A DNA stretch of 64,000 nt from an uncultured Nitrosomonas sp. (GCA_964612715.1 CAZTCY010000004.1:1989-65988), one strand, 5' to 3'; counted from the first letter of the stretch, positions 37,278-49,149 are shown. The notes: a model not told the origin generated them from the letters alone. Numbers and translations: made by a program.

Positions 37278-39500
37278 CTAATCCTGCAGCGAAAAAATAA
37301 CACCCGCCAGCGGCGGTAAAGTGATGATCAGTGAATGCGGCAATCCCATCCACGGCTCACAGCTGGCGCTGATATGTCCGGCATTGCCCATATTGCTCCC
37401 GCCGTAATAAAACGAGTCGCTGTTGAATCTTTCCAAATAAATGCCTTTTACCGGTACGCCGATGCGATAATTCTCACGCGGAACCGGCGTAAAGTTAAGC
37501 ACCACGATGACAAACTGCCCGTCGCGCGACTTACGCATATAACTGATAATTGATTGATCGGAATCGTGGCAGTCTATCCAGGAGAAGCCTTCACTCGAGA
37601 AATCAAGCTGATACAGCGCAGGCGTGTTTTTGTATAAATGATTCAGATCTTTCAAAGCCGTCTGTATCCCGGAATTTGCCTTGTTCTCGAGTAATTTCCA
37701 GTCAAGTTCCCGTTTGACATCCCATTCGGCACCCTGCGCAAATTCATTGCCCATGAAATTCAGCTTCTTTCCGGGACATGTCAACTGGTAGGTAAACAAC
37801 AGGCGCAGATTGGCGAATTTCTGCCATGCATCGCCGGGCATTTTATCGATTAAAGCACCTTTGCCATGGACAACTTCATCATGGGAAAAAGGCAGCACGA
37901 AATTCTCGGTATACGCATAAAGCTGGCTGAAAGTAAGCTGGTCATGGTGATAACGCCGGTAGATAGAATCCTGCCGGATGTACAACAGTGTGTCGTGCAT
38001 CCAGCCCATATTCCATTTCATCGAAAAACCCAGTCCACCCAGGTACGTCGGGCGTGATACCGCCGGCCAGGCAGTAGACTCTTCCGCCAGCGTCAATGCG
38101 CCGGGAAATGCTTCATGCACCATGATATTGAGTTCGCGCAGAAAATCGATCGCATCCAGATTTTCCCGCCCGCCGAACGGATTCGGCAGCCATTCGCCTT
38201 CATTGCGCGAGTAGTCCAGATAAAGCATGGAGGCAACCGCATCGACCCGCAATCCATCAAGATGAAATTCTGCAAGCCAGTAATACGCGCTGGATAACAG
38301 AAAAGATTTCACTTCGTTGCGGCCGTAATTGAAAATATACGTGCCCCAGTCCTGATGATAACCCAGCCGCGGATCTTCATGTTCATACAGCGCGGTGCCA
38401 TCAAAGCGCGCCAGCGCAAAGGCATCCAGCGGAAAATGACCCGGCACCCAGTCAAGAATCACGCCGATCTGCGCCTGATGACAGGCATCAACGAAATATT
38501 TGAAATCATCGGGAGAACCATAGCGGCTTGTCACGGCAAAATACCCGGTGGTCTGATAGCCCCAGGATTCATCAAGCGGATGCTCTGAAACCGGCATCAG
38601 TTCGAGATGGGTATAGCCCATCTTCAACGCATAGGGAATGAGGTGCTGGGCGATTTCCCGGTAATTATAAAAGCGGCCGTCAGGATGCTGTTTCCATGAA
38701 CCGGGATGGATTTCCAGAATATTCAATGGCGCATGCAACCAGTCCCAGCGCGCACGTTTTTCCATCCATGCCCTGTCAGACCACGGGTAGGCATGGTTCG
38801 CGGGCGTCAATGCCGCCGTATTGGGGCGCAATTCGAAACGTGTCGCATAGGGATCCGTTTTCAGCAGGATTTCTCCACTATGACGGTTGCGTATTTCATA
38901 TTTGTACAACGCGCCAGACGGCAGCTCCGGAATAAACAACTCCCAAACACCACTGTTATGGTGCACGCTCATCGGGTGCATGCGGCCATCCCAATGGTTA
39001 AAATCACCCACGACACTGACACGTTCGGCGTTCGGTGCCCACACCGCAAACCGCATGCCTTCTATTCCGGCATTGCACACGCGATGCGCACCCAAAGTGC
39101 GGTAGGCCTGTTTAAGCTTACCTTCGTTAAACAAATACAGATCATGGTCAGTGATTTGCAATGGCAATGAATAGACATCGTAAATGTCATAAACCTGCTT
39201 CGCCTGCGTCGCAGAGTCCCGTGTTTCAATCCGCAGCCGGACGGGTAACGGTGGGGATGCCGCGCCACGCCATTCATAGACGCCTTCGGCATGCATGCGC
39301 GTCATCGGCTCAAAACCCTGCGCTGTTTTAATCGAGACCGCATGGACGCGCGGCTGAAAAACCCGCATCCGGTACTCATGGGTTGTCTTGTGTATGCCGA
39401 GATAAGCGAAAGGATCATGCAGCCGCCCGCCCAAAAGCGCATCCTGAAGCGGGTCTCGGGAAGCAGTTAACGTTGCGTGTTTTAAGATATTGGAAGACAT
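37278..39500 (-). CDS. glgB: 1,4-alpha-glucan branching enzyme (GH13)
   Basis: GH13 motifs DWVPGHF, GLRVDAVASMLY, AEESTAWP and FSHDEVVHGK. Start placed at MSSNILKH (39500) by comparing N-terminal length with E. coli GlgB. The track's start at 39551 remains possible. Confidence 0.9.
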   Translation of the reverse strand: MSSNILKHATLTASRDPLQDALLGGRLHDPFAYLGIHKTTHEYRMRVFQPRVHAVSIKTAQGFEPMTRMHAEGVYEWRGAASPPLPVRLRIETRDSATQAKQVYDIYDVYSLPLQITDHDLYLFNEGKLKQAYRTLGAHRVCNAGIEGMRFAVWAPNAERVSVVGDFNHWDGRMHPMSVHHNSGVWELFIPELPSGALYKYEIRNRHSGEILLKTDPYATRFELRPNTAALTPANHAYPWSDRAWMEKRARWDWLHAPLNILEIHPGSWKQHPDGRFYNYREIAQHLIPYALKMGYTHLELMPVSEHPLDESWGYQTTGYFAVTSRYGSPDDFKYFVDACHQAQIGVILDWVPGHFPLDAFALARFDGTALYEHEDPRLGYHQDWGTYIFNYGRNEVKSFLLSSAYYWLAEFHLDGLRVDAVASMLYLDYSRNEGEWLPNPFGGRENLDAIDFLRELNIMVHEAFPGALTLAEESTAWPAVSRPTYLGGLGFSMKWNMGWMHDTLLYIRQDSIYRRYHHDQLTFSQLYAYTENFVLPFSHDEVVHGKGALIDKMPGDAWQKFANLRLLFTYQLTCPGKKLNFMGNEFAQGAEWDVKRELDWKLLENKANSGIQTALKDLNHLYKNTPALYQLDFSSEGFSWIDCHDSDQSIISYMRKSRDGQFVIVVLNFTPVPRENYRIGVPVKGIYLERFNSDSFYYGGSNMGNAGHISASCEPWMGLPHSLIITLPPLAGVIFSLQD

Positions 39501-39630
39501 ATGTAAATTATAATATAACCGCGTTTGGGTTTGCCTATTTACTGATATCATAGTACCGTAATGCCTTGTGATACCCGTTAGAACCTGGATTTAACGGAAA
39601 AATTACCCCTATTCGAACAGGAGGTCATCG

Positions 39631-40911
39631 ATGGAGCAGCAGTACGCGCTAAATAATGTTCCCAACAAAATCACATGCAACACCATCGCGCTGATACTGG
39701 CCGGCGGCCGCGGCACACGCCTGAAACAAATGACCGACTGGCGGGCCAAGCCCGCCGTACCCTTTGGCGGCAAGTTCCGCATCATCGATTTTCCGTTGTC
39801 AAACTGCGTCAATTCCGGCGTGCGTCAAATCAGCGTTCTGACGCAGTACAAGGCGCAAAGCCTGATTCAGCATATCCAGCGCGGCTGGAGTTTTCTGGAC
39901 GGGCGTTTCAATGAATATGTCGAACTGGTGCCTGCGCAGCAGCAGATCAAGGAATCCTGGTATCAGGGAACAGCCGACGCGGTATTTCAGAATCTCAGTA
40001 TACTGCATCATCATGACAATGATTATGTTTTGATTCTGGGTGGAGACCATGTCTACAAAATGGACTATGGTAAATTACTCGCCGAACATATCGACAAAAA
40101 AGCCGACCTGACCGTCGCCTGTATCGAAGTCCCGTTGGAAGAAGCGAGCGCTTTCGGCATCATGGGCGTTGACGATGACTGGCGCGTAACCAGCTTCACT
40201 GAAAAACCGGAAAACCCCCAGCCCATGCCAGGTCATCCTGATAAAGCGCTTGTCAGCATGGGTATTTATGTCTTCAATACGGCGTTTCTGTTCGAGCAAC
40301 TGATCCGCGACCACGAAACCGAAACTTCGTCGCATGATTTCGGCAAGGATCTGATCCCCTACCTGGTGCCGCGTCATCGTGTCTTCGCACACCGGTTCCG
40401 GGACAGCTGCGTCAATATGGTTGCAGGCGTGCCGTACTGGCGTGATGTCGGCACGGTGGACGCCTACTGGGAAGCCAATATCGACCTGACGACGGTAACC
40501 CCGGAATTGAATCTGTATGACAACGGCTGGCCTATCTGGACTTATCAGGAACAATTGCCGTCAGCGAAATTCGTTTTCGATGATGAAGACCGGCGCGGTC
40601 AGGCGCTTGACTCCATGGTATCCGGCGGATGCATCATCAGCGGCGGCACGGTACGGCGTTCCTTGCTGTTTTCCAATGTACAGGTACGCAGCTACAGCAG
40701 GGTCGAGGATTCGGTCATTCTGCCCAACGTCGATGTCGGCCGGAATGCGCATCTGAAGCGTGTCGTGGTTGAAAAAAATTGCAAAATTCCGGAAGGTCTC
40801 AAGGTCGGCTTCGATGCAGTTGAAGACAGCAAGCAGTTTCATGTGACTGAAAAAGGCGTCACGCTGATCACACCTGAAATGCTCGGACAGAGGACACATT
40901 ACCAAGGCTGA
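39631..40911 (+). CDS. glgC: Glucose-1-phosphate adenylyltransferase
   Basis: LAGGRGTRLKQMTDWRAKPAVPFGG and an AGGAGG RBS. Confidence 0.95.
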   Translation: MEQQYALNNVPNKITCNTIALILAGGRGTRLKQMTDWRAKPAVPFGGKFRIIDFPLSNCVNSGVRQISVLTQYKAQSLIQHIQRGWSFLDGRFNEYVELVPAQQQIKESWYQGTADAVFQNLSILHHHDNDYVLILGGDHVYKMDYGKLLAEHIDKKADLTVACIEVPLEEASAFGIMGVDDDWRVTSFTEKPENPQPMPGHPDKALVSMGIYVFNTAFLFEQLIRDHETETSSHDFGKDLIPYLVPRHRVFAHRFRDSCVNMVAGVPYWRDVGTVDAYWEANIDLTTVTPELNLYDNGWPIWTYQEQLPSAKFVFDDEDRRGQALDSMVSGGCIISGGTVRRSLLFSNVQVRSYSRVEDSVILPNVDVGRNAHLKRVVVEKNCKIPEGLKVGFDAVEDSKQFHVTEKGVTLITPEMLGQRTHYQG

Positions 40912-40918
40912 TGTATCC

Positions 40919-42619
40919 ATGAAAAAAATTGAGCTCGTCTTGTTGTGGCACATGCATCAGCCCGATTATCGTCATTACGACACCCGGGAATTTGAAATGC
41001 CCTGGGTGTATCTGCACGCCATAAAAGATTACACCGATATGGCCTATCACCTGGAAACGCACCCTGGAATCAAAGCGGTTGTCAATTTCGTGCCGGTGCT
41101 TCTCGATCAACTGGAAGACTATGCCGCACAATTTGCTTCAGGGCAAATACGCGATCCCTTGCTGCGCCTGCTGGCTACGCCGGATCTGGAAACAATTTCC
41201 CACGAGGATCAGGCGCGCATCTTAACCAACTGCTTCAAAGGCAATCACAATAACATGCTGAAGCCTTATCCGGCTTATGCGCGTTTGCATGATCTGTACG
41301 ATACGCTGCAACAAAAGCATGCATCGGGCCTGGTTCATTTTTCGGCACGCTATCTGGCCGATTTGCTGGTATGGTACCACCTCGCCTGGACAGGCGAGAG
41401 TGTGCGGCGTCACAGCGAAACAGTCATGCGGCTAATGACAAAAAGCGAAAACTTCAATCATGCCGAGAGAATGCAGCTTTTTGACCTGATCGGCACATTG
41501 ATACAAGCGCTGATACCCCGCTACCGCAAGCTTGCCGAGAAGAAGCAGATCGAAATCTCGACGACCCCTTATTATCATCCGCTGGCACCATTGTTGATTG
41601 ATTTTACTTCTGCGCGTGAAAGCGTTGCCGATGCAACCCTGCCCGCCAACTGCACCTACCCCGGTGGACGCAGCCGCGTGGCGTTTCATGTGAACAAAGC
41701 CGTGACCAGCCATGCCCGGCGTTTTTCCACGAAACCGTCGGGTATGTGGCCCGCTGAAGGCGCGGTGTCGTCCGCGCTGATACCGATCCTGACGGAATTC
41801 GGCTGTCAATGGTGCGCCAGCAGTGAAGGCGTGCTGGTCAACAGTTTGCGCCGGTCTTCTGTGAATGAAACACTGTCCGACCGTAATCACTATTTGTACC
41901 GCCCCTACCGCATCCAGGCGAAAACAGGCGACATCATCTGTTTTTTCCGCGACGACCGGTTATCCGATCTCATCGGTTTTGAGTATGCCAAATGGTATGG
42001 ACGGGATGCGGCCGAACATTTTGTCGATTTGCTTGAGCAGATAGCCCAGCATGCCGGCCCTGAAGGAAATATCGTCAGTGTTATTCTGGATGGCGAGAAT
42101 GCCTGGGAATATTATCCCTATAACGGTTTCTTCTTTCTCGATGACCTATATACGCTGCTGGAGAACCACCCCGCCATCGGCACCACGACGTACAGTAACT
42201 ATATCGCTTCAATAGAACATATGGATAATATTGCACTATTACCCGCTCTGACGGCAGGCAGCTGGGTATACGGGTCATTTTCGACTTGGATCGGCGATCC
42301 GGAAAAAAACCATGCCTGGGATCTGCTGTGTGCGGCCAAGCAAAGTTTTGATCTGGTCATACAAAGCGACCGATTGTCGGAGAAAGAAAAAGCCGAAGCG
42401 GAACTGCAACTCGCCTCATGTGAAAGTTCTGACTGGTTCTGGTGGTTTGGCGATTACAATCAGGCCAGTACAGTGATCCGGTTTGATCAGCTCTACCGCG
42501 ATAATCTGGCGAACCTTTATCACCTGTTGAAACTGCCGGTTCCCGCAACACTGACCGAGCCGATCAGCAAAGGCGATGAATATGCCGAAGAAAGCGGCGT
42601 CATGCGGCGGTCGTCATGA
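40919..42619 (+). CDS. Glycoside hydrolase family 57 protein
   Basis: N-terminal LLWHMHQPDY motif characteristic of GH57. Sits inside the glycogen operon. Confidence 0.8.
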   Translation: MKKIELVLLWHMHQPDYRHYDTREFEMPWVYLHAIKDYTDMAYHLETHPGIKAVVNFVPVLLDQLEDYAAQFASGQIRDPLLRLLATPDLETISHEDQARILTNCFKGNHNNMLKPYPAYARLHDLYDTLQQKHASGLVHFSARYLADLLVWYHLAWTGESVRRHSETVMRLMTKSENFNHAERMQLFDLIGTLIQALIPRYRKLAEKKQIEISTTPYYHPLAPLLIDFTSARESVADATLPANCTYPGGRSRVAFHVNKAVTSHARRFSTKPSGMWPAEGAVSSALIPILTEFGCQWCASSEGVLVNSLRRSSVNETLSDRNHYLYRPYRIQAKTGDIICFFRDDRLSDLIGFEYAKWYGRDAAEHFVDLLEQIAQHAGPEGNIVSVILDGENAWEYYPYNGFFFLDDLYTLLENHPAIGTTTYSNYIASIEHMDNIALLPALTAGSWVYGSFSTWIGDPEKNHAWDLLCAAKQSFDLVIQSDRLSEKEKAEAELQLASCESSDWFWWFGDYNQASTVIRFDQLYRDNLANLYHLLKLPVPATLTEPISKGDEYAEESGVMRRSS

Positions 42620-42729
42620 AAACGAACCGGCGATACACCGCCGCACCCGGCAATCATTTACATTCAATGACCGGTTCGAACGTTCAGGCGTATAGCTACA
42701 GAATACACATCAACAAGTAGGAATTTCAA

Positions 42730-44772
42730 ATGCCTCGACCTGTATCACTGCTTTTTGGTGTTCATGCGCACCAGCCGATTGGTAATTTCCCCGAAGTTCT
42801 GGCTGACGCGCATCTACGTTGCTACAAACCCTTTCTGGAAGTGCTGTTCCGCTATCCCGATTTTCATTTTGCGGTCCATTTCTCGGGATGGCTGCTCGAT
42901 TATTTATTCACGCATTTTCCGCAGGACATGGCCATGCTGACGGAAATGGTCCGGCGCGGCCAAGTCGAAGTCTTCGGCGCCGGTGAAACCGAGCCTGTGT
43001 TGGCAGCCATACCCGCCCGCGACCGTACCGGGCAAATCGAAACCTTTTCCAGGAAACTGGAAACAAAATTCGGCCAGCGGCCCAGCGGCGCCTGGTTGAC
43101 AGAACGGGTATGGGATTCAACCGTCGTGCCCGCGCTGGCGGCGTGCGGTATCCGTTATGTGATCGTTGACGATTACCATTTTCTCTGCACCGGCAAAACT
43201 ACCGAACAACTCAGCGGTTTTTTTACAACGGAAGAAGATGCCCGCAGGCTCGATATTTTCCCGATATCCGAAACATTACGCTACAAACTGCCTTTTTCAC
43301 CCGCGAACGATGCAATCGCGCATATTGAATCACTCGCGACCGGAAACGCAGGCGATCAGCATACGGCTGCGATTTACTTTGACGATATCGAAAAATTCGG
43401 CATATGGCCGGAAACCTACGAATGGGTCTATGAACAGGGCTGGCTTGAACAGTTTATTCAAGGCATCCTGTCCTCACCGAAAGTAACGCCGCGGCATTAC
43501 CGCGACTATCATGCTGCCGGAAAAACAAAAGGCATTGTTTATCTGCCCACCACTTCGTACATCGAAATGAATGAATGGACGCTGCCGGCGGAATCCGCCC
43601 GGATATACGCCGACCTGGTGAAACAATCGAAAGCATCCGGCGATTTTGAACGCAATAAAGCTTTTTTACGCGGCGGTATCTGGAAAAACTTCCTGTCACG
43701 TTACCCGGAATCGAACTGGATGCATAAGCGCATGCTCGGCCTGTCCAACCGGCTGGCCGCGCTGCCGGAAAACCCGTACACCAGCGAAATGCAGCGGAAA
43801 CTGTATGCCGCCCAGGCGAATGACGCCTACTGGCATGGCTTGTTCGGCGGCCTGTACCTGCCGCATCTGCGCCGCGCCATATACAACAACCTGATTGCCC
43901 TGGAAGCGATGCTCGACCAATGCGCACCGCGCACAAGCTGCATAACCCAGGATATCGACTTTGACGGCATCGACGAAACCTGCCTGCAGAATGGCACGCT
44001 GCAAATCATTCTGAAACACGACCCATCCGCCGGCATTGTCGAATTCGATGCCTATGACCTGCAACACAATTTTGGCGATATCCTGCGCCGCCATAAGGAA
44101 GACTACTTTGATAAAGTGCAACTGTGCGATCAGAATCCGCCGAATGATGACGCTGATCCCAGCGGTTCCGGCAGCGCTGTCGATGCCGCCAGCGGGATCG
44201 CTTCGGCGCATGACCGCATTGTCAGCAAGCACAGCATCTATGCAGCGGATCTGGAACCGGACGGCCGTGCCCGCGCACTGTTCATCGATCGGCTCAACGA
44301 TACACTGATCGAATACCGGCACATGGATTCCGATGCAGGCAGCATCCGCTTTCAGGCCCGGCATGAATCGTTGCACATTGTTAAGCAATGGGAACTCTCG
44401 GACAACCGGTTACAGGTAATCTATCGTTTCACAGGCGGCTTAAAACACAGCTTCAGTACCGAAATCAATCTTGCCATGCCCAGCTGCGACGGACCGGGCG
44501 GACGCTTCATTGTCCAGGACAAACCGGCCGGTGGTTTCGGCCAACAGCTCGCACTGATGCATCTGACCGAAATAACACTCGACGACGATACATTGCAGGG
44601 CAGCCTTCTGCTCAAGACCTCCATCCCCGGTCAGTTACACGCACAACCGCTTTTTACCGTATCCCAATCCGAACAGGGATTCGAAAAAATCATGCAGGCG
44701 GTTACACTGTTGCTGACGTGGCCTGTTGAAACCGGGACATTAACCCTCTCACTGGATGTCTACCGCCGATAG
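42730..44772 (+). CDS. GH57 alpha-amylase / 4-alpha-glucanotransferase-like protein with a long C-terminal extension
   Basis: N-terminal [12 protein letters not shown] motif, 680 aa. Sits inside the glycogen operon. Confidence 0.8.
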   Translation: MPRPVSLLFGVHAHQPIGNFPEVLADAHLRCYKPFLEVLFRYPDFHFAVHFSGWLLDYLFTHFPQDMAMLTEMVRRGQVEVFGAGETEPVLAAIPARDRTGQIETFSRKLETKFGQRPSGAWLTERVWDSTVVPALAACGIRYVIVDDYHFLCTGKTTEQLSGFFTTEEDARRLDIFPISETLRYKLPFSPANDAIAHIESLATGNAGDQHTAAIYFDDIEKFGIWPETYEWVYEQGWLEQFIQGILSSPKVTPRHYRDYHAAGKTKGIVYLPTTSYIEMNEWTLPAESARIYADLVKQSKASGDFERNKAFLRGGIWKNFLSRYPESNWMHKRMLGLSNRLAALPENPYTSEMQRKLYAAQANDAYWHGLFGGLYLPHLRRAIYNNLIALEAMLDQCAPRTSCITQDIDFDGIDETCLQNGTLQIILKHDPSAGIVEFDAYDLQHNFGDILRRHKEDYFDKVQLCDQNPPNDDADPSGSGSAVDAASGIASAHDRIVSKHSIYAADLEPDGRARALFIDRLNDTLIEYRHMDSDAGSIRFQARHESLHIVKQWELSDNRLQVIYRFTGGLKHSFSTEINLAMPSCDGPGGRFIVQDKPAGGFGQQLALMHLTEITLDDDTLQGSLLLKTSIPGQLHAQPLFTVSQSEQGFEKIMQAVTLLLTWPVETGTLTLSLDVYRR

Positions 44773-44783
44773 ATGACTTCGCA

Positions 44784-46418
44784 ATGACTCCATTAACGCA
44801 ATCCCCCGCCTGGCTGGCATTGAAAGCGCATCAACCGGTAATCGCCAAACAGGCTGTATACGATCTATTCAGGCAGGACGCACACCGTTTTGAGCGATTC
44901 TCCCTGAAATTTGACGATATGCTGGTCGATTTTTCCAAACAGCCGGTTACCAGCGAGACAATCGCTCTGCTGCTTGCACTGGCCCGGCAGCAGGCTATGG
45001 AACACTGGATCGCACAGCTGTTTCGCGGCGCACGCATCAACAATACCGAAGACCGCCCGGCATTGCACATCGCCTTGCGCAGCAAGGAACCTGTCATGCT
45101 CGAAGGCGAGAATGTAACCCTAAAAGTCAATGCCGTGCTCGCGCGCATAGCGGCATTCACTGCGAGCGTTCGCAGCGGCAGTCACAAAGGCTATAGCGGC
45201 AAACCCATCACCGATATCGTCAATATCGGCATCGGCGGCTCCGATCTCGGGCCCTGCATGGTCGCTGAGGCACTCAAGCCCTACGGATCTCCGCATCTCA
45301 GGCCGCATTTTGTATCCAATATTGATGGCACTCAGCTCTATGAAACACTGCAACAACTCGACCCGGCCACAACGCTGTTCATTATCGCCTCGAAAACATT
45401 CACGACGCAGGAAACCCTGACCAATGCACATTCCGCGCGCAGCTGGTTCCTTGCACAGGGCGGACGTGAACAGGATATTGCGCGTCACTTTGTCGCAGTC
45501 TCCACCAACCGTGCGGCTGTCGAAAAATTCGGCATCGACCCCGGTAACATGTTTGAATTCTGGGACTGGGTCGGCGGCCGTTACTCGCTGTGGTCCGCCA
45601 TTGGCCTGCCCATTGCGCTGACGATCGGAATGGATCATTTCCGCGCATTACTGGATGGCGCAAACGCCATGGACCGGCATTTCCGCAATACACCCCTGGA
45701 AAAAAACATACCGGTCATACTGGGTTTGATCGCCGTCTGGCAGATTAACTTTCTTGGCATCACATCGCATGCCATCCTGCCATACGACCAGTACCTGCAT
45801 CGTTTTCCAGCGTACCTGCAGCAGCTCGACATGGAAAGCAACGGCAAACGGATTGACCGCAACGGCCGGGAAGTCGATTACCCCACCGGAACCGTCGTCT
45901 GGGGAGAACCGGGCACGAATGGCCAGCATGCGTTCTACCAGTTATTGCATCAGGGCACCGCATCGATTTCCGCCGACTTTCTGGCCCCCTGCCAGAGCCA
46001 GCATCCGATCGGTAAGCACCATCAACTGCTGCTTGCCAATTACTTTGCCCAGATACAAGCGCTGATGTGCGGAAAGAACGAGCGTGAAGTCAGGCTTGAG
46101 CTGGAATCCGGCAACCTGCCTGCTGAATTGCAGAAAAAACTCATCCCGCATAAAATCCATCCCGGAAACCACCCTGTCACCGCGATTCTTTTCAAAAAAC
46201 TGGACCCCGGAACGCTGGGTATGCTGATCGCACTCTATGAACACAAAGTATTTGTACAAAGCGTTATCTGGAATATCAATCCATTCGACCAATGGGGCGT
46301 TGAACTTGGCAAGCAGCTGGCCGGAAAAATACTGCCGGAACTGGAACAGGAGGAATTGACCGCATCGCATGATGCCTCGACCAATGGACTGATTCATTTT
46401 TACAAACAACACCGCTAA
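44784..46418 (+). CDS. pgi: Glucose-6-phosphate isomerase
   Basis: PGI signatures [10 protein letters not shown] and [11 protein letters not shown]. Confidence 0.95.
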   Translation: MTPLTQSPAWLALKAHQPVIAKQAVYDLFRQDAHRFERFSLKFDDMLVDFSKQPVTSETIALLLALARQQAMEHWIAQLFRGARINNTEDRPALHIALRSKEPVMLEGENVTLKVNAVLARIAAFTASVRSGSHKGYSGKPITDIVNIGIGGSDLGPCMVAEALKPYGSPHLRPHFVSNIDGTQLYETLQQLDPATTLFIIASKTFTTQETLTNAHSARSWFLAQGGREQDIARHFVAVSTNRAAVEKFGIDPGNMFEFWDWVGGRYSLWSAIGLPIALTIGMDHFRALLDGANAMDRHFRNTPLEKNIPVILGLIAVWQINFLGITSHAILPYDQYLHRFPAYLQQLDMESNGKRIDRNGREVDYPTGTVVWGEPGTNGQHAFYQLLHQGTASISADFLAPCQSQHPIGKHHQLLLANYFAQIQALMCGKNEREVRLELESGNLPAELQKKLIPHKIHPGNHPVTAILFKKLDPGTLGMLIALYEHKVFVQSVIWNINPFDQWGVELGKQLAGKILPELEQEELTASHDASTNGLIHFYKQHR

Positions 46419-46421
46419 AGC

Positions 46422-47930
46422 ATGCCAAAAAACGCTGTATCCGTCCCTTCACGCGATGAACCGCGTGTGCTTTTTATCACACCCGAAGTTTATCCCCTCT
46501 GCAAAACCGGCGGACTCGGCGATGTCAGCGCATCACTTCCCGCGGCCTTACGCGCCCTGGGCATGGATGTCAGACTGCTGATTCCAGGCTACCCACCGGT
46601 ATTGTCCGGACTGAAGCCAAAACGGAAAGTTGCCATATTCGATGATCTTAAACACTTCCCGCCATGCGTATTACGCGCGGCAAAACTGCCGGTCAGCGAT
46701 TCCGGCAGTATTCCGGTATTCATCATCGATTGCCCGGAGCTGTATTCGAGGAAAGGCGGACCCTATCAGGACACGGCGGGACAGGACTGGCCGGATAACG
46801 CCTTACGGTTCGGGCTGCTCGGCAAAATCGGCGCTATCCTGGGCAGCGATGCCAGCCCGCTGAAATGGCAGCCGCATATCGTGCACTGCAATGACTGGCA
46901 AAGCGGTCTGACACCGGCCTACCTGCACTTTCATGTAAGCCACAGTTCAGGCTGGAAAGCGGCGTCTGTCATGACCATCCACAACCTTGCCTTCCAGGGT
47001 AATTTCCCGCCGGAAAATGTCGCCCGACTCGGGTTGCCCGCCAACAGTTTCAACATGCATGGCATTGAATTCCACGGCCGGATGTCTTTTTTAAAAGCAG
47101 GACTTTATTACGCCGACCATATCACGACGGTCAGCCCCCACTACGCCAGGGAAATTCAGTGCGAACCGCTGGGTTTCGGCCTGCAAGGGCTGCTGTCGGC
47201 ACGGCGTGAACAGATTACCGGCATCATCAACGGCATTGACGAGAACGTCTGGAATCCCGCCAGCGATCCTTATATCACCAGCCACTACACCAGCGCCGAC
47301 CTGCCGGCCAAAACAGCCAACAAACGGGCACTGCAGGAAGCCATGGTGCTTACGCCGGACGACACCATTCCGCTATTTGCCGCAATCAGCCGCATCACGC
47401 ATCAAAAAGGATTTGATTTATTGCAGCAGATAGCGCCGCAGCTCGTCGAAATACCTGCGCAGCTGGCGATACTGGGCAGCGGCAATGCAGAAATGGAAAA
47501 AAACCTTACCGCACTTGCCCAGGCGTATCCGGGAAAAATCGCCGTCCGGATCGGCTATACCGAGGCATTGTCGCACTTGATCGAAGCCGGTGCCGATTGT
47601 TTCCTGATGCCGTCGCGCTTCGAACCCTGCGGCCTGAATCAGATGTACAGCCAGCGGTACGGCACGCCGCCACTGGTGCATGCAACCGGCGGACTCATCG
47701 ATACCGTCGTGGACTACACCCCGTCCACGCTCAACGACGGCAGCGCGACAGGCTTCGTGTTTCACCCGATGACTGCGGAACAATTGCTCGCCACGATCCG
47801 GCGTGCCGCGCAAGTATTCCGGGATACCGCAACATGGCGTGTTCTGCAGAAAAATAGCATGGCAAAAGACTTCAGCTGGCACAACAGCGCAGCAGCCTAC
47901 CGGCGGATTTACCGGATGCTTGCCGGATGA
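46422..47930 (+). CDS. glgA: Glycogen synthase (ADP-glucose type)
   Basis: KTGGLGDV motif near the N-terminus; C-terminal GT5 region (PSRFEPCGLNQMY). Confidence 0.95.
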   Translation: MPKNAVSVPSRDEPRVLFITPEVYPLCKTGGLGDVSASLPAALRALGMDVRLLIPGYPPVLSGLKPKRKVAIFDDLKHFPPCVLRAAKLPVSDSGSIPVFIIDCPELYSRKGGPYQDTAGQDWPDNALRFGLLGKIGAILGSDASPLKWQPHIVHCNDWQSGLTPAYLHFHVSHSSGWKAASVMTIHNLAFQGNFPPENVARLGLPANSFNMHGIEFHGRMSFLKAGLYYADHITTVSPHYAREIQCEPLGFGLQGLLSARREQITGIINGIDENVWNPASDPYITSHYTSADLPAKTANKRALQEAMVLTPDDTIPLFAAISRITHQKGFDLLQQIAPQLVEIPAQLAILGSGNAEMEKNLTALAQAYPGKIAVRIGYTEALSHLIEAGADCFLMPSRFEPCGLNQMYSQRYGTPPLVHATGGLIDTVVDYTPSTLNDGSATGFVFHPMTAEQLLATIRRAAQVFRDTATWRVLQKNSMAKDFSWHNSAAAYRRIYRMLAG

Positions 47931-48022
47931 TTTACCCGATATGATTGGCTTGCCGTCTAATTGGTACAGTCGACAGGAACACCGCAGCATACTTTAAGAA
48001 GCCTGTATAAAACCAGACAGCT

Positions 48023-48038
48023 ACCAGTTAAAACTGGT
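48023..48038. promoter_or_regulatory. Perfect 16-bp palindrome ACCAGTTAAAACTGGT (candidate operator)
   Basis: Read directly. About 130 nt upstream of the TauE-family gene. A 10-bp perfect inverted repeat, AAGGATATTA / TAATATCCTT, follows at 48093-48126. Confidence 0.35.
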
Positions 48039-48168
48039 GAATGAGGCAATATTGACTAAAATCAGGATACGGGTTCTCTAAGAATTGGTTATAAGGATAT
48101 TACTTAATGGTATTTATAATATCCTTCAGGATTAGTTATATTGCCGTACATTTTTTAAAAATAACCCT

Positions 48169-49149
48169 ATGAAACTTCGCGATCTTGACCTGACCCAAAA
48201 TCCTGTAAATGAAGAACATCAGCAGTTAGGATTGCCACCTGTTGAAGATACGGTATCTCATCTGGATGCCCATCCTTTTCTACGCGCCTCTGTTTGGTTT
48301 GCAGCTATTGTTCTGATTCTACTCGTTATATTTCTGATTGGCCGTTTTTTCCTGGGACAGGAATGGAGCAATAGCTGGCAGATTATCGGTAATACGCTTG
48401 ATAGCAGAATTTTCTGGAGTGCAGTCGCTGTTGGTTTTCTCGCACAGGTTGTCGATGGTGCTCTGGGTATGGCCTATGGCGTAACTGCAACCACATTTTT
48501 ACTGGCATCCGGAGCGAGTCCTGCCGCGGCCAGTGCCAGTGTACATATCGCTGAAATTTTCACTACGGGTGTTTCCGGCATTGCGCATGCCAAATTCGGT
48601 AATGTCAATAAACAATTATTTATTCGCCTGCTGGTACCCGGAATGCTCGGCGGTATACTCGGTGCGCTGTTAATTACGCACGTCGACGGCGAACTGTTCA
48701 AGCCTTTTATATCGGGCTACCTGATACTGCTGGGTCTTTACATCCTGAGTAAAGCTTTCCGTCAGTTACGTATTCGTAAAGAATCGCCTAAACACGTCGG
48801 CAAGCTGGCCTGTTTCGGAGGCTTCATGGATACCGCAGGCGGGGGTGGCTGGGGGCCTATTGTTACAACTACATTGGTCGGCACAGGTACCGACCCGCGC
48901 ACCACAATTGGTTCGGTCAATTTTGCCGAATTCTTTCTGACATTAGCCAGTGCAGCTGCCTTTGCTTTATTGATGGAAACAAATACCTGGCCGCTGATTG
49001 TAGGCCTGGTATTCGGCGGCTTATTCGCAGCGCCGTTTGCAGCCTATTTATGCAAAAAATTCCATGCGCGCACCTTGCTCATTCTTGTCGGTGTCTTAAT
49101 CACCACGATAAGCATATTTAATCTTTATAAAGCCCTGACCGCATTGTAA
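48169..49149 (+). CDS. TauE/SafE-family (DUF81) anion exporter with an approximately 40-aa soluble N-terminal extension
   Basis: Multiple Gly-rich TM helices (GALGMAYGVTATTFLL, VPGMLGGILGALL, GGGGWGPIV). Confidence 0.8.
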   Translation: MKLRDLDLTQNPVNEEHQQLGLPPVEDTVSHLDAHPFLRASVWFAAIVLILLVIFLIGRFFLGQEWSNSWQIIGNTLDSRIFWSAVAVGFLAQVVDGALGMAYGVTATTFLLASGASPAAASASVHIAEIFTTGVSGIAHAKFGNVNKQLFIRLLVPGMLGGILGALLITHVDGELFKPFISGYLILLGLYILSKAFRQLRIRKESPKHVGKLACFGGFMDTAGGGGWGPIVTTTLVGTGTDPRTTIGSVNFAEFFLTLASAAAFALLMETNTWPLIVGLVFGGLFAAPFAAYLCKKFHARTLLILVGVLITTISIFNLYKALTAL

